From positions 1 to 25,145 of the IMG/VR virus record IMGVR_UViG_3300002092_001096: a stretch of 25,145 nt of DNA; one strand, written 5' to 3'. The stretch comes from a virus (lineage: Duplodnaviria > Caudoviricetes). Positions 24,255-25,145 of the stretch are shown piece by piece. Both the position numbers and the translations under genes were made by a program. A model generated the notes under the pieces. That model was not told where the DNA came from and ran no database searches. It saw only the letters and a program-made list of their open reading frames with translations. Within the stretch, counting starts at the first letter, position 1. Each line of letters starts with the position of its first letter.

Positions 24255-25145
24255 TCAAAGTTTTCAGAATACTTTCTTTGTTCAGTCCTAGTTTGTTCAG
24301 CAAGTATTCTCGACCACCATTCTCATACACGTACATCTCTGGTATGGTAATTGTTTTAATTTTCTTTAAGATATCCGCACCAGCACACGCTTCCATTACC
24401 GCAGCACCGAGTGAACCGGATGGTGTCTGTTCATCAATAACGATCACACCTTTGGCAATACTGATAGCATTCAGTAGAGTTTTCGGAAATGGTTTAGCAT
24501 GAATCAGATCGACACCAAAAATCTTTTCCGGTTGTTCATCATAGGCTTTCTTGACAATGTGTGCCATCTTACCTGAACCAATTACTAAAACTTTATCTTC
24601 GGTAACTGTATCACTCATTACACGATAGTCTAAGTCTGTTGTAAAGTTAGTTACTTCCAACTCTGGTTGATCATGACGATCAAAACGAATGTATGACAAC
24701 TCAGGTTTATCTAACAGTTTCTTTGCCAATCGTCTTGCTGTACCAGCATCTGCGGTAGTATAGATGTTACAGTTGATAATAGAACGCAGACAAGCAAAGT
24801 CTTCCGTAATGTAATGTGTTGGACCAGCATCAGCATAGCCGATGCCGATACCCACTGACATGATACAGATAGGTAGATTCATCATACTAGGACCAGTTTT
24901 GATCTGTTCGATAGCACGGAGAGAAATGAATGGTGCCATAGCATAGCAAAATACTTTCTTACCTTGTAGTGCCAGACCTGTGGCAATATCAATCATTGCT
25001 TGTTCAGAAATGCCGCAGTGAATGAAGTTCTCTGGATATTTTTCACGTAGCACATCCAATGCTGCTGCACCAAAGTCAGCAGATAAAAAGTAAATGTTTT
25101 TATCTGTTTCTAACTTCTTGGTAATCTCTTCAATAAAGGCATCAC
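24241..25145 (-). CDS. Transketolase C-terminal subunit (5' end beyond window)
   Basis: Frame is open past the 25059 call to the window edge (DAFIEEITKKLETDKNIYFLSADFGAAALD); GISEQAMI, GLALQG, GPTHY, YIRF. Confidence 0.88.
   Translation of the reverse strand, partial: DAFIEEITKKLETDKNIYFLSADFGAAALDVLREKYPENFIHCGISEQAMIDIATGLALQGKKVFCYAMAPFISLRAIEQIKTGPSMMNLPICIMSVGIGIGYADAGPTHYITEDFACLRSIINCNIYTTADAGTARRLAKKLLDKPELSYIRFDRHDQPELEVTNFTTDLDYRVMSDTVTEDKVLVIGSGKMAHIVKKAYDEQPEKIFGVDLIHAKPFPKTLLNAISIAKGVIVIDEQTPSGSLGAAVMEACAGADILKKIKTITIPEMYVYENGGREYLLNKLGLNKESILKTLNDNF

Noticed and set aside
344-24502. Plus-strand and nested alternative-frame ORFs in the track (e.g. 344-592, 1510-1842, 11701-12108, 13532-13924)
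   Set aside because: All overlap well-supported minus-strand genes and show no recognisable motifs; treated as shadow ORFs.
1-25145. tRNA, rRNA, CRISPR array or stop-codon reassignment
   Set aside because: Intergenic gaps are short and show no such structures; core genes read full length in the standard bacterial code.

Overview
AT-rich window from a T4-like (myovirus-type) bacteriophage genome with essentially all genes on the minus strand. In transcription order (right to left): the end of a nucleotide-sugar cluster (transketolase C-subunit, HddA-like GHMP kinase, ColD-like PLP 3-dehydratase, NAD-dependent epimerase); gp55 late sigma factor, gp47, gp46; peptide deformylase; a vWA/CobS-like AAA+ pair; a GT-A glycosyltransferase-like protein and a DUF5664-like nucleotide pyrophosphohydrolase; gp45 clamp; a beta-class DNA methyltransferase; gp44 and gp62 clamp loader; RegA; Hsp20; a 2OG-Fe(II) oxygenase; a DUF4422 glycosyltransferase; dCMP deaminase; DNA polymerase gp43; a membrane protein; and the start of UvsX. 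Three free-standing endonuclease genes sit inside the replication module. The main finding is a fractured family-B DNA polymerase: an HNH gene splits it just after motif A, with no visible intein or intron, and both halves carry extra, roughly charge-complementary helical ends that may re-join them. Both HNH genes share an identical 13-bp cassette that is the upstream gene's stop codon, a late-promoter-like box and the 5' arm of an RBS-occluding hairpin. Also noted: a ROSE-like thermometer before hsp20, clamp-binding-like motifs on the methyltransferase and membrane protein, an antisense sigma70 promoter beside gp55, and a probable leaderless polymerase mRNA. All family assignments come from motif recognition, not database searches.
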